DNA of 60,969 nt, filler included, from Sphacelaria rigidula (Eukaryota), in assembly GCA_964200075.2 (NCBI GenBank). It is 10 parts of 10 records of this genome, joined end to end, with 100 filler letters (N's around TTAATTAATTAA, not from the genome) between each part and the next. Parts side by side here need not be neighbours in the genome. Positions count along the whole stretch, not along the records: positions 1 to 6,008 come from CAXNAA020022838.1; positions 6,109 to 12,115 come from CAXNAA020022839.1; 8 more parts are not named here. One strand, given 5' to 3'. The translations under genes were made by a program, and so were the position numbers. This document shows positions 1-12,115 of this stretch, one piece after another. Positions within the stretch are counted from its first letter, which is position 1, and each line of letters opens with the position of its first letter. The notes under the pieces are model-generated. The model worked only from the letters and a program-made list of their open reading frames with translations, was not told the DNA's origin and did no database searches.

Positions 1-228
1 TGCTTGCCTTAGTCGTGTGACCATTGACCACGCATCCCTTTCGAGACGGAGCATAGGGGGAAGGGGGGGGGGGGGAGGGGGGATACTCATTTGTTGCTTG
101 CCTTGGTCGTTTGACCATTGACCACGCTTCCCTTCCGAGACGGAGGGGGAAGGGGGAGGGGGGGTAATCATTTCTTGCTTGCCTTCGTCGTTCGATCATC
201 GACCACTCATCCTTTCGAGACGGAGTAC
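1..228 (+). repeat. Tandem and dispersed G-tract repeat family (TGCTTGCCTTAGTCGT..GACCATTGACCACGCATCCCTTTCGAGACGGAG+G-runs), about 3 units
   Basis: Three 80-95 bp units here. Homologous copies at ~12250-12330(-), ~25205-25270(-), ~27285-27380(-), ~27495-27575(-) and ~30537-30640(+). Confidence 0.85.
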
Positions 229-2301
229 CGTTCCTACTCCTAACAGAGACATCTCCAACATTTGGGCACTCATTACGTTTCTTCCATCATACATGACACA
301 AAAGCCTTTCACATATCTCATATTCCCTTCCTGCCTCGCCGTCTATGGGCACCATCTATCTCCTGGGACAACAACCGTTTTTTCGCTATTGTATCATGTA
401 CCAAACGATTCCATTCCACCTTCGTTTACTTTCCGCATGCCCCCCTTCAACACGTCCCGCTCCTCCTTGAGCACTTCACATTCTGCCACTATACGAGGTC
501 TACTTTCTGTTGCCGTGCGCAGATGGAGGGGGATACCTAACAGAAAAATTCGCTCTGCTAACCCGCAACTCCTACACCCTGTAGCCCTTCGTCAAATTCG
601 AGTATAACCGATGAAATGCCTGTACGTATGGAACAAGTCATTCCCCAACGCTCCTGCTGCTAAATAACCACGGTACATATGCACAAGATCTGACTATAAT
701 ATGCGAAGATGAATGGAACACAGAGCAGGAAAAGCCTGTCGAAAAGTCCCGTGGAGACTGTTCTTCCAGGCAGGGAGCTCGAGACTTACCTGTACAATTT
801 AAACTTTGACGACAGCCCCGGCGAAGCGCAGACACCAAGCACCATTCCCGCTGCGAATATACCCAAGCCTGACACCCTGCAAACATACGTACACGGGAAA
901 CCGTACGTTTGGGCCGATAAGGAAAGCGGGGGCGAGGGGAAGTTAACCTTTGCACGCCTCAGTTTTTGACCCATCTCCTCGTGCAGGTGAGAGCCCGGAG
1001 CGTTGGTCTCAATGTATCTATCGTCGATGGCGCGTATATATGTAGATGAGAGAATCGTTTTCCGATCTTGCCCAGGGTGGCTTAAGAAAGTTCTAACGTT
1101 GTGTTCTGCGGGGTATACCCGAAAGTGTGCGCGTGGGGGGGGGGGGGGGGTTGGGGGACGACATTCTAAACTATACCAAAAGGTGGAGCAACCAATCCGA
1201 CATGGGTCGGAACAAAAACAAACCCNNNNNNNNNNGTGGTCGTGGGGGTGGTGGGTGGGGGTGTGGGGGGTTGGCGGGTGGGGGGGGGGGGGGGGGGGGG
1301 GGGGGTGTCGGGGGTTGGCATACTAAACTATATCGAAATGTGTAGCAACCATTCCGATATGGTTCGGACGCATATCCAGCCCTGCTCCCAAGACTCAGGT
1401 ATGGTCCGGGAGGGTATCTATCGACAAAGCATTTGTTCTATACCTCCGTATATACCTCAATTTCAGGCGGTGTACCCTACAGAAGACGACCTTGGAAGAG
1501 TCAGTTATCTATCCTACCTACGGTACGGTACTGTCAACGTGGCCCAGCGTAGGGTGAGGGAAGGGGGGGATAGCCGGGGAAAAGGATACGCCCTCGTGCT
1601 ACGTGGATGTGCGTACATATAAGTATGATCTCGTGACGTGTGTATGTATACAACACGCTCGTCGAACATTGTCAAAGCCGTGCAGTTACTAGATGGAATC
1701 CCAACGATGCAAACATCGCATGATATGACCGATCTGTGTCCTGAAATACCTGCCCAGTGGGTAATACATGCAACATATTTCCTCCCTGGTTGCGCTGAAA
1801 CATGTTTCGGACCATCGCCTGCGGTCCATTCGGTATGGGCACCCCCCCCCCAAAAAAACAAAATGCTCATGAAAAAGTGAAAGGGGACCAGAATTCAAGG
1901 TCGCACCTCCGTTCCGAGTGCGTACAACAGCCTAATATACGTCAGCTTTGATGCGCTTTAGTTCTGCCACCTGCACACAGTGTTTCAAGAAGAACGCTTC
2001 GAAGATGTGAATCATCACAAACGTAAAAAAAAACAAAGTTCCTGTCACTGGTGACATTTTATAACAATCCCCCGCCCGCCCCGCCGCCACCATGGTGAGG
2101 CACCATAGGGCAGTGTGTAAACCGTGGCTGTCTCTGGCATGTGCGATACCAGAAAATGAAGCACCTCATTGGAGGCTGTCATGCGAGTGCAAGGTAATCA
2201 GTACGCTTCGGGCCGAACAATCTTAGCAGGATGCAGGTCACTCTTGATGCGACTCACCGAACACGTCACGGCGCTTCGCGCTCGGTGATTGATGGCGAGC
2301 A

Positions 2302-2410
2302 TGGTCCGGCGGAAACCCGGCGTGCTCCGCACCGGCTTTGTAGGGATACGAGGTCAACGGTCACGTGACCATGGCATGCAAGGTCATGAGAACTTCCCCC
2401 CCCCCTTCCC
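2302..2410 (+). repeat. Short interspersed repeat (GGTCCGGCGGAAACCCGGCGTGCT..CTTTGTAGGGATACGAGG..CATGAG..poly-C)
   Basis: Homologous copies at ~12648-12760(+), ~48042-48150(-), ~48702-48757(+, partial) and ~49088-49155(+, partial). Confidence 0.8.
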
Positions 2411-3148
2411 TCAGGACGAGTCCGTGGTCTCAAGGGATCAACCCATCCCATCTCTCCCCGGTACAGTCAGTCCTACATATCCATCTTAATCTATATCGGT
2501 ACTGCAGCTCGTCACCGACAGACGTGACTCCCAGAACGATGCCACGGTAATACTCGTAGCGGCGTGTCTTGGAGGGTGATGGCCACAAACGAGCGTACAG
2601 TACGGTGTATATCAATTTGCGGAGAGATGTACCAGCAGAATTCATGTTGAACAGTTTGTGTGTGGTGGCTGGAAGGGGTACGCAGAACCGATGGATTCGT
2701 AGTACATTCTGCCATTGCCACGTCCCTCAGGCGTCGCGTGCGTGTTGCTTCCCCGGCCCTGTGCCCTTCACGTTGTTTGTTGGTGTTTTCGTGTGACCGT
2801 TTGTGCGTCCGTCAGGGATGGGCGCCGAAACCCGAGCCGGATTAGGCCGCATTCTTCTTAAAATTTCAACACAAATATCAAGTACAGCGAATCATCATTC
2901 ATTTTTCATGTGGATTCAATACTTGAATCGAGATGAATTTTGACCATCGGAGACCTGAGCTGCTCCAAACATCTTGTTCAGACCGTGTCGGCTGGCATCA
3001 ACCACCCTTAGTTATCCCTCCATGCCTGTCAGTTAGCGTTCGGCCGAGAAAAGACGGTAAGATCTTGGTCGCTAGCCGGTTTGATTCATCGCCCTCTGCC
3101 GACATGATTGGTTTCGCACTCACCGCAACACCCAACCTAACAATACTA

Positions 3149-4250
3149 CAGGCTGGTTCAGGGTGAACGCTCAAAATTAATTCCCAACTGTAATAGATAC
3201 AGGATGCAAAACTGGCCCAATAGAAACATATTTGGTATCATAGTGACCCCAACGAGCGAGCGAACAGTGTGACATGGCTGGGCATTTTCGTGCCTCCTTT
3301 GGCGCTGGTGGTGAAAATATTTCTCCACCAATCAGGGGCCTTCAGATTATTCTGAGAAAAAAAACGCGGATTCCCGACCCAATTTGTACCCAATTCCATC
3401 GCGAATCAAACCTCAGTAACCGCCATCAAGTAGGGAATCTAGCGCAAAAAATAGATTTGAAAACGGTTAGTATGGGATCGAGTTATACCCCAAAATGTGG
3501 TTTTTCGGTGATCTGGGGTTTTGGCGCCGTCGGATTTCCACTCATAATGTGCACCGAAGACTCAGAAAGCCTCTTGACGCTTTCCGTTGTAACTTTGGTA
3601 AAAAAGCTCCGATCATCCTCAAACTTGGCAGTTTGTAAATATGGGTTCTACAAATGGAAATATATATATGTATATGTATATTATTGTTAAAGAATGTGTC
3701 GAATTTTATCCGCTCTCTGCCAGCTTCCAGGGGTCCCAGCATGAATACCCCCAGAAGCCGGTACAGACTGCATCAAACCCAAAATTCAATTGGACTCGTC
3801 CCGAGGTAGTCCAAGGAAGGATTGTACAATTTTTCGTTGCGTAATCCGAGAATATTATCCGAAACGGTCTATTAAGCTCAAGCGCACAAGGAAAACGTCG
3901 GTAGCATACTATGATCAAGTCATGAGGGAGGTTCCGCGTACATCTCTACACTTTCACGCATAAACGACCGATTGCTCACGCCGTTTTTTGGAGTTAGACC
4001 CTGAATTTTTGTATACGGGTGCTCTGATACATTTAGAAGGGCTTCGAGAATGGGGTTTTTTATTTTGTTTTTTTGCCAGATATCCGGGGTCCCAGGAGGG
4101 GGGTCTTGAAAAATATCGAAAGACCCCATTCATACAGCCTTTCTAGATATCTCAGACCATCCGTATGCAAAATTTCAGGGTCTGACTCCAAAAAACGGCG
4201 TGGGCTGGCGCTGAGGAGTAAATTCCGGTCGTTCACCCCGAACCAGCCTG
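3149..4250. mobile_element. Non-autonomous Tc1/mariner-type DNA transposon
   Basis: 21-bp TIRs: CAGGCTGGTTCAGGGTGAACG and CGTTCACCCCGAACCAGCCTG (1 mismatch). TA on both sides (3147-3148, 4251-4252). Internal ~80-bp inverted repeat at 3977-4055/4124-4203. No transposase ORF. Confidence 0.8.
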
Positions 4251-4718
4251 TAGGGAGTCCCCGGCCCTAAAGGATTCATGGCGATTCCCATTTATTATTA
4301 GTTTCAGTCATAACAGGCCTAAGAGCGTACTTGTCATTTACTTGGCCAGCGGGAATGAGCAGCGCGATTGTAAAATCCTGATCTGATTGGTCCACGTCCT
4401 TCATGTTCCCTGATGGTTTCCACTTCATTTTTTTTTCTCCGTGCGCTTCCTGCCAAAAAGGTCCAAAACAATTATGTTAGCCTTTTTCCCAGCAAAAATG
4501 CGGCACAAGAAACCATGCTTTCAATCAGATGAAAATCTAACGGTTACTGATGTGCCACCATTCGATTGTGCACTAGACATGTCAACGCATGCCCGGGCAC
4601 CTACCTACAGACACTCAGGATCGATGCCTGACACCTTTGGAGGTCGTACCCGTTTACTGCAGTACACCGCGCTTCATTTTTTCAGTGGCGGTGGTGGGAT
4701 GTTAGCCGATCAACGGTG

Positions 4719-4979
4719 GACTGCTGCCGAGATAGCCCCCCCCCGAACCGGTCAAAAAAGTGCACGGAGGCGATGATCATAGATGCCGTTAGAGATGGTC
4801 TCGCTCTGCACGACGCGACTCATTTGGGCGTCATAGCTGATTTCGGACTGCTACACGCCTCTCANNNNNNNNNNCATGTGGGCGAAATTGCTGTAAACGA
4901 GTTCAATAGTGGGATCGCAGCCGGTTTGTCAGACGGTCTCCGGTGCACTTTTTATGGGGGTGCTATCTCGGCATTAGTC
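4719..4979 (+). mobile_element. ~250-bp MITE with GAC...GTC termini, copy 1
   Basis: TIRs GACTGCTGCCGAGATAGCCCCC and GGGGGTGCTATCTCGGCATTAGTC, flanked by GGTG on both sides. Homologous to 36219-36468 and 56195-56443. Confidence 0.8.
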
Positions 4980-5591
4980 GGTGATCTGCGTGATCGTTCG
5001 CTGCGGTTTCTTGCAACAAGTTGTGCTGCGCAGTGACGCATTCGTCCCAACAATAGACAAGCTGCTTCAGTTCGAAACCGATTGACACAAAGCCAAAATA
5101 CGTAATCGGTTAGTTGATTGAGAAGTAAGGTCTGAGCTACCGGGCGCTGCATCGGGCGCAGTGTATCCTGTGATCACCGCGTGAATAACTCCGTGGTGGG
5201 GGATGCTTGCTATTCGCCGTTGGCTGGACCAAGATCCACCGCATTTTCTCGTCGTGCGCTTGCAAATTCGCTGGGACCCAAACCGCGCAAAACGAACGAA
5301 TTCGCACTGAAGAAGTACTTCCGCCGCTTTTTCGTTGCTGTCTCGCTTTTCATAGGCGTGGTCTGAACTTCGAAAAAAAGTAAAATCTCGACTGATGATT
5401 GTCTGTCAATGGTCGATCCGCACTTTTCCCCAAACTTTCAGCCCCTGAGACCGTTTCTTACGGTTGTTATTTAGAGGGGGGGGGGAGGGGGGGCGTACTT
5501 GGCACTTTTGGGACATTTGACACGGTTTTTGGCCCCCACAAAGGGAATATCGCCAACGCACATCTTGGACACTTTCATAGTTCGGACGAAT

Positions 5592-5840
5592 CATCGCCGC
5601 TTCAACTCACCAAATGCACGGTTTTTCAGGCCTGATTGCTCGAACGAGAGAAAAAAGTTGACCGCTGGTCAAAAAGGTAGGTCTCCACGCGGTGTTCGCG
5701 CCATTCCACGTGCCTGGGTTGCGCGTACCTGGCACGCAACGCTGAAAACAAAGCCTGAGGATTGATTCACGCGGTACGAATCAATGACACTAAAATCAAG
5801 TCACTTCCAGACGAATTATTGATTCGTCCGACCCGTGGAC
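5592..5840 (+). repeat. Interspersed repeat family (CCTGATTGCTCG..AAAGTTGACCGC..GCGCGTACCTG..GGTACGAATCAAT)
   Basis: Homologous copies at ~26918-27165 and ~29288-29525, both in NAGS introns. Confidence 0.8.
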
Positions 5841-6008
5841 ACTTTGTACAACCTCACCGAGAGGAGTTTAACCCACTTTACCGATCATGAAAATATATCT
5901 GCAGACACCGTATTTTATTTTCTAGCCGTATTTTTGTACGGAGGCTGTCCTCAAGGCACAGGACCCACACATGGGGATAATTTTGTAGTAAATTGAATCA
6001 TTTGCGCG

Positions 6009-6108
6009 NNNNNNNNNNNNNNNNNNNNNNNNNNNNNNNNNNNNNNNNNNNNTTAATTAATTAANNNNNNNNNNNNNNNNNNNNNNNNNNNNNNNNNNNN
6101 NNNNNNNN
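6009..6108. other. Artificial scaffold linker N44-TTAATTAATTAA-N44 (also 12116-12215, 18223-18322, 24330-24429, 30437-30536, 36544-36643, 42651-42750, 48758-48857, 54864-54963)
   Basis: Nine identical 100-nt spacers with stop codons in all six frames. They delimit pieces of 6008, 6007 or 6006 bp. Confidence 0.98.
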
Positions 6109-6559
6109 TGCAAGACAGATATGCCACTTCAGCCCCATATTTTGTATGAACCCCAAAATATAAAATCGGCTGTTATGTGGCATCCTTCATCTGACCTCAT
6201 GTGAGGGGAGTCTGTGTCGTAAGAGTCAAACTTGTTCCTACAGTACATTCACTGGACTTGGTCCTGCATAACTGCATCTAGAATGCTCACAGCGTGGACC
6301 GGGTTCGAAAATACAAAATACATGAGCGGCGGTATAGTCGACGTTTGACTGTGTACACGACGCGGCACAGCGTGCGATCACTTTTTTTCCCGACCCGACT
6401 TTTGTTCCACGTCTATGACCCTTCCATAATGTATCATCACTCAGAGCCCGTGAATCTCCTTTTTTGTGGGAGTGAGCCGAGGTGAACAATTTGCTGTTTA
6501 GTGAATGATCGGCGCCGGCTTTCAGCATATTGTAGCACCATTTGTGGGGGCATTGCCAT

Positions 6560-7000
6560 TGTTCCGCGGCGGTGTAGCGTATTGATGTAACATATTCATT
6601 AGTCATTTTCCAGTCGACTAGGTTCCATGTGTCATACTTTGTCATGTTTGGTACCTGATGGGTCATACTACATTGTGAGGTAGAATTGGGCTGCTGCTCT
6701 CATGTGTTACAACGTTTTGGATTAGCATCTCAACTAGCAAAGCAGCAGGAAGCCTGCTCGCCAATAATACAAGAGCATCTACGCCATCACGGACTGCGAT
6801 ATCAGAGGAGTCCCTGGTCTTTTGACAATGTAAGCCTGACCTTCATGCACCATTTGTTGTTCTGGCGTCTGAGCGGCTCACGGGTATGCCGCCCGACGCT
6901 GCGAACGTGAGTTGACTCCGCACTTGGTAAAGTCGAGCTCGACGGGTCGATACACTTGATTGCGTTTGGGCGCGTCGGCCCAGGTGCCCACGAACTGGCA
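6560..7000 (-). pseudogene. Possible degenerate chromodomain/integrase C-terminus of a Ty3/Gypsy element
   Basis: Frameshifted pieces read IRYQ..KYDTW / EPSRLEN / MLHQY, resembling the chromodomain motif DTWEP..LEN. Heavily decayed. Confidence 0.3.
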
Positions 7001-7396
7001 CCTTACACCCCCAGACGGTAAGTATCGAACCGTGGTATGGTGTCCGATGTGAGCTTGTGTAGAGTCCGGTATGCTCCCAACACAAACTTTTGGAAGGGAG
7101 ACTTTCCTAGCGTGTGAGTCTGATCCGGTGAAATGTTACTTCTTTTATATAGAGTAAATAGTGCGCCTGTTCACAATTTGCTATTTCCACCGCATGTCCT
7201 TACACCCCCAGACGGTAAGTATCGAACCGTGGTACGGTGTCCGATGTGAGCTTGAGTAGAGTCCGGTATGCTCCCACCACAAACTTTTGGAACGGAGATT
7301 TTCCTAGCGTGTGAGTCTGATCCGGTGAAATGCTACTTCTTTTATATAGAGTAAATAGTGCGCCTGTTCACAATTTGCTATTTCCACCGCATGTCT
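7001..7396. repeat. Near-perfect 197-bp tandem duplication
   Basis: CCTTACACCCCCAGACGG...CCGCATGTC occurs at 7001-7197 and again at 7198-7396 with a few substitutions. Confidence 0.92.
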
Positions 7397-7969
7397 TAGC
7401 TACAACATCACTTCATTTAGTACAGTATGAAGTAGACGGAGTGCTTTTGAAGTTCACAACTGGGTGTCACTGGTATGTTCGGAGAGCATGTACAGGGTGC
7501 TACGATGGTATGCTGCTTCGGCTCTCCGCACTCTTTTGTTCTGTCGTCTACTTACCATACGTACGTTGAGCATAAAACGTTGAGCATAGGCTATGTAATT
7601 TGTTTTTGTCCCGTGGTGCCCTGTGTTCCTCCCTGGTTTTCCCCTGTGCGCCGTATTCCCACCCGCTGCATAATGATAGTCATGCTCAAACAGATCATTG
7701 CAGGACCAGGACCAGTTGCTTTCGCCACAACAGTGCCGCGCTCTACGATATGACGGAGGTAACCAGACATTCAAAGCACAATGACCTAAGCTGATATTAA
7801 ATTGAATGAATGGCAAAGAACGGTCGCATGAGCACATCAGAACCAGCTCACCCGGACGCGCTACAACTCGGCGAGATCCGAGATCCCGTACTTTTAAACG
7901 TGCTACAATACTCCGGGCTGCACGATGGACTGCCACACTTCAGGGCGTCTCGGAGCTGCCGAGCCACTG

Positions 7970-8380
7970 CCGTTTGCTGCCCCGTTGCCTTCTGTTGTTG
8001 TTGTTGTTCGTGCTGCCGTACCACCGTTGCGCTTTTGTCTGTTGGTGCTGTGCCGGTGTTGCGTTGCCCTTACTGCTGTGCTGCTGTTGCTCGAGGTACT
8101 GGTGTGCTGTTGCTGCCTGCCATTGTTGTGTTTCCTACGCGCGGCTGTGTTATCGTTACTGCTGCTGCATGCTTCTGGTGCCTTCGTTGTTCGTTGTTGC
8201 TGCTACTGCCGCTACCGTTCCTCTGTACTATTCGTTGCTGTTATCGTCGTGTTTTCGTCTCGCGGCTGTGCCGTTGTGTGTTGTTTCTGTTGTTGTGTTG
8301 TTTCTGCCTGTTGTTGTTGTTGTTGCTGTTGCTGTCGTTGCTGTCCGTTGTTTGTGCTCTTGTTGTTGTTGTTGCTGTTG

Positions 8381-8433
<53 letters not shown>

Positions 8434-8530
8434 TCCACCGTGCTTTGCGCTACCCTGGTTTGCTGTTGCTGTCCCGCTTGTTGTGTTGTTATTTTGCCCC
8501 TACCGCCTACTGCCGGCTGTACTTTTCTTG
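7970..8530. repeat. Cryptic (GTT/GCT)n low-complexity tract with a pure (GCT)n core
   Basis: (GCT)n at ~8385-8430 embedded in degenerate GTT/GCT repeats. This explains the three overlapping poly-C/A/L ORFs. Confidence 0.9.
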
Positions 8531-9989
8531 CTTGCTATCGCATCGCATGTTGTCATAGGCGCGCGTATTTTCCCCCCTTATGTTCCCATCATTTCGTACC
8601 CTGCTCCAATTTGAACGCACAGTTTTTGTCATTATCGCCTGCATTGTATCACCTTCGCCTGACCTACACCTGTTCACCCATAGTATCACCGCTGCACCTA
8701 AGCAGTAATGATCGTGTTCCAGGCATTCTCCAATTCATTGATTTCGGTACTTTTGTTGCATATTGATATGGGACAATCAACCCACCATGATCAGTATGTA
8801 TTTTGTTTCCGGGGTTGCATTTTTATTGTGACCATTGGAACTTGTGAAATGCACTTGCGGTGAAGCTTCCAATTTCTTTTGGTCTCGTTTGTCTTTCTTT
8901 CATCTTACATATTCATATTTTCTGCATCTCAGGGTGTCATGTCTACCGTAACTGTCCTGTGAGCCACTCGATTGTATTTTGAGCCATTTATAACTTTCGC
9001 CGCCGTCGTCTTGCTCTGTAGAGCTGCCCTATTTTTCATTTTTATATTCTGCTGATTTTGTATTGTGTATGGCGCTCGTAATGTCTTTCTTTTTACCGTG
9101 CGGGTGTAGGCTATTCGTAGAGCATTGTCTGATGCGCTGCCTGTACTCATCATGCTTGAGCAGGATTCCGCTTCTCATCGTTTCACCTGTCTGGTTCGCA
9201 ACGCCGAAACGCCGAATTTACCGCCCGGCGCAGGACATGTAGACTTGTGTCACGTGGTATGAAACCGACTCATATTTTCATGTATCCCAAGACTTTCAAC
9301 GTCTACTATCCGTGCCCTCTGTTACTTCCGCCCTTGTTTTACCTACACTCTCGTCTTGGATGTGTCACATCCCAGTGTGAGAGAACCGGCGCTGAACGTG
9401 ATTGCGTCGGGGAGGACACGCAGGAAACGCTGAATGGTTTGCCAATGACGGTATATTCCGGCGTGGAGTGTCAGCAATTGGGTTTGGTTCAGCTAATCCC
9501 GTGCACCTCTTTATCGCATTCTGGTAGCAGAGTTATCACCTTGGTGTCACCAAACATGACCCCCATTTAATCCCACACTGGCAATCGACTGTATGGTTTG
9601 TTTTTCACCAAGTTGACTTCTTGAAACACCCTGCACCGTAGTTGGATGCTACCTTGTCCCTTCCCGGCACCGTAGTTGGATACTACTTCGTTCAGTTGCT
9701 TTAAACTTGGTGTTCGATATCATGCAGTCACTCATCTTCCCGTGCATTGTCTTGTCATTACTTATGCAGTACGCAGACTCATATAGTTTCCCTATTTTAC
9801 TTTTTTACCCCTCATGTCCAGCGTACCATGCAACTCGACTGCGCGACTATATGTCTCGTCTTTTACAGTTCCTACAGGCCCTACATATAGCTTTCAGACA
9901 CTTATTTCGCTGATGTGGTCGCTGAACCCCCTTGGAGGGGCGAAGTACAAGTTCCAACGGCTTTGCTGGTTGTTGTGCCGCGTGCACAC

Positions 9990-10320
9990 TCTTTGCCATG
10001 AAACAACGCGGCTTCCCACCAGAAAAGCGCCGCATGATCAGAGAAGACATTCACAAGCTTCTCGACCGAGTTTTACCCTACAACGTTTGTCGGCTACGCG
10101 ATTTCATTTTTGGTAAATTTCGCTAAGTTCTTTCGCCTGTTGGTCGAAAATACGGGCATACAGCCAGCCCCCTCCAAACGCAACGCAATTGCTCAGATGT
10201 CACGTCCGCACACAGTCGAAGAACTACCTTCGCTTCTAGACCCACCGGGTACCTTAGACAGTTTGTCCAGAAGCGGAGCATCCTGATCGCCCCGCTGACC
10301 GATATCTGGACAAGTAGGAA
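9990..10320 (+). pseudogene. Degenerate Ty3/Gypsy reverse transcriptase remnant with an internal deletion
   Basis: Reads PPEKRRMIREDIHKLLD (RT N-terminus), then KFFRLLVENTGIQPAPSKRNAIAQMSRPHTVEEL and, after a frameshift, TGYLRQFVQKRSILIAPLTD (Gypsy RT thumb/connection). The YxDD core is missing. Confidence 0.75.
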
Positions 10321-10464
10321 AGCCAACAATACTGCTACACGATGTGTGAGGTCATGTTTCTTGCCATCCCCGTGCTTTGTCGCCGTGCATTTAGTACATC
10401 GTATCTCATCATTATTGTGGAGATCGCCATTTGGGCATGTGCGGAGAGATTTCTTTTTATGACG

Positions 10465-10799
10465 TGTAACCTAGTGAACGGCTGTTACAAGGGTAAGTTC
10501 GCAGGAGCTCCGAAACTTCCATATCGGTACAGCCGGATCTGGGACCCCAAGGTAACAGGGATCTTCCCAGCGAACTGCTGGCTATCCCTGGGGATCACAT
10601 CACTCTTGACCAAGACTCTCAGGCTTTGTCATCGGGCTAACTCGCTCGCGCTCGTCGAGCTTTCCCGAGTGATCCACTTTGCCTCAACCCCACGACTTAC
10701 GGTCAATCCTTGACTACATAACCCGAGGGAAATCATCGGTCACCTTCGACGGTTTCTACCGTCACCGGAAGTCTCACGACTTCCACATTGGCGAACACC
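10465..10799 (+). mobile_element. Putative 5' LTR (TGTAAC...CCACA, 10465-10787) plus primer-binding site TGGCGAACACC
   Basis: TG...CA-bounded segment followed after 1 nt by TGGCG.., then a gag-like ORF. The PBS resembles the one at 59473. The left boundary is uncertain. Confidence 0.55.
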
Positions 10800-10864
10800 A
10801 GTTTCAGACAAGTGTGCGAGACCCTCGGATTTTTTCTTTTGTACCCCATTATACATCGTTTATC

Positions 10865-12115
10865 ATGGGGAGGAACAGCAACAAAAATAGCGGAAGCAAT
10901 AGCGGCGGGTCAACGGGCGCAGGCGCAGTCGCGTCTTCGTCGTCCTCTGCCCAGCCGACGTTTGCTCAAGTAGCACAGGCACCGGCCCCGGAAAAATCAG
11001 TTGCCCCGCCCGCAACCTCCTTGTCGTCCACGCCAGCCGCGCCCTCGTCCTTGTCCAAGCCTGGGGTTTCTTTGTCCCCCTCGGAGAAAAAGTCCGACAA
11101 AGGCAAGAAGAGGGCGCGCGACCCTGAGGGAAAAAAACGCTCCCAGGCCGGCAACGCTCCCAGCGACCGGGGCAACCGCTTTTCTCTCCTCCGCGAGGAG
11201 GACGAAAGCAGCTCCGGCCTCGGCGACACGGATCCCGAAAACGTGGGTAGGACCCCCTCATCGAGAGCCGTCACGTTCTCCGACCCGGTCCCGGGACACA
11301 TCAAAGAGGCAGCTCTCAAAGTAGCCTTGAAAACTATGGAACAACACTACGACAAGGGGACGGATCCTCCTCAGTGGGCTTTGCGAACGCTGGGGATGCT
11401 GGACTCCCCTCAAGATGTGATCCAGCAAGTACACCAGGTGAACAATGGGGCGGCAATAGAACAGCCAAACTTAGAGGTAGAGGTAGTGAGGGGTAGCTCG
11501 GTACATCTACGTCGCGGTGATCATGCACCTAATGACACGACGCCGCCAAGCTCTCGTAGTGTGCAGGCACCAACCACACCCCCTCGATTGTCCCGGGCGA
11601 CTAATAATGTAGTAGATCAAGTCACTGCACCAAATCATTCGCCCGGCACAAACTCTCAAACCTCGCTGATTTCCGCCCAACTTCACCCGAGCAACGTAGG
11701 TTACGCATCCCCTACGAACCAGCAAGTGATCAGTAGCCCTCAGACATTACCTCACGTGCCTGGTGGTAATTTTTCACCCCAAGGGGCACCACATTTGACC
11801 CCCTCGCATGAAAACCAACATCGGTCAAGTGCTATCGACAATATAGTACACACTCCTCGATTCACGCTCAAACAAAACGATCTCGGTTCTAACATGGTTT
11901 TGGGAGGACCACCAACTGAAGACATTCCAACGATAATGCGACAGTACCGGTCCCGAGTTGAAATTAACTCGCAGGATCAATGCACGCGCGAGGAAATCGA
12001 TCGCCGATGCATCAAGCATTTACAGCTCTTACTGAGGGACACAGCTCTAGACGCGTACACGGATCTCGTAACCGGTACCTTAGAATGGCGGACAGAGGCG
12101 AATCTCGAAGCCCTT
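10865..12115 (+). CDS. Gag-like ORF of an LTR retrotransposon (3' truncated by the scaffold end)
   Basis: Uninterrupted ORF of ~417 aa from ATG 10865 (MGRNSNK...), directly after the LTR/PBS. Long disordered S/P/Q-rich N-terminus, then CIKHLQLLLRDTALDAYTDLVTGTLEW, which resembles the start of a retrotransposon capsid domain. Confidence 0.65.

Noticed and set aside
1130..1385. Duplication around the 10-N gap with long G-runs
   Set aside because: Most likely low-quality sequence overlapping across a gap.
520..1880. Possible plus-strand exons (709-969, ~1467-1522, 1690-1830)
   Set aside because: Stops and frameshifts prevent a consistent model and no family was recognised. At best a decayed fragment.
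4865..4874. 10-N gap inside the MITE as a possible insertion
   Set aside because: The sister copy is contiguous (CTCTCATGTGGGCG), so the gap is an assembly placeholder.
7806..8766. Three long overlapping ORFs (poly-Cys, poly-Ala, poly-Leu)
   Set aside because: They are by-products of a stop-free GCT/GTT simple-sequence tract.
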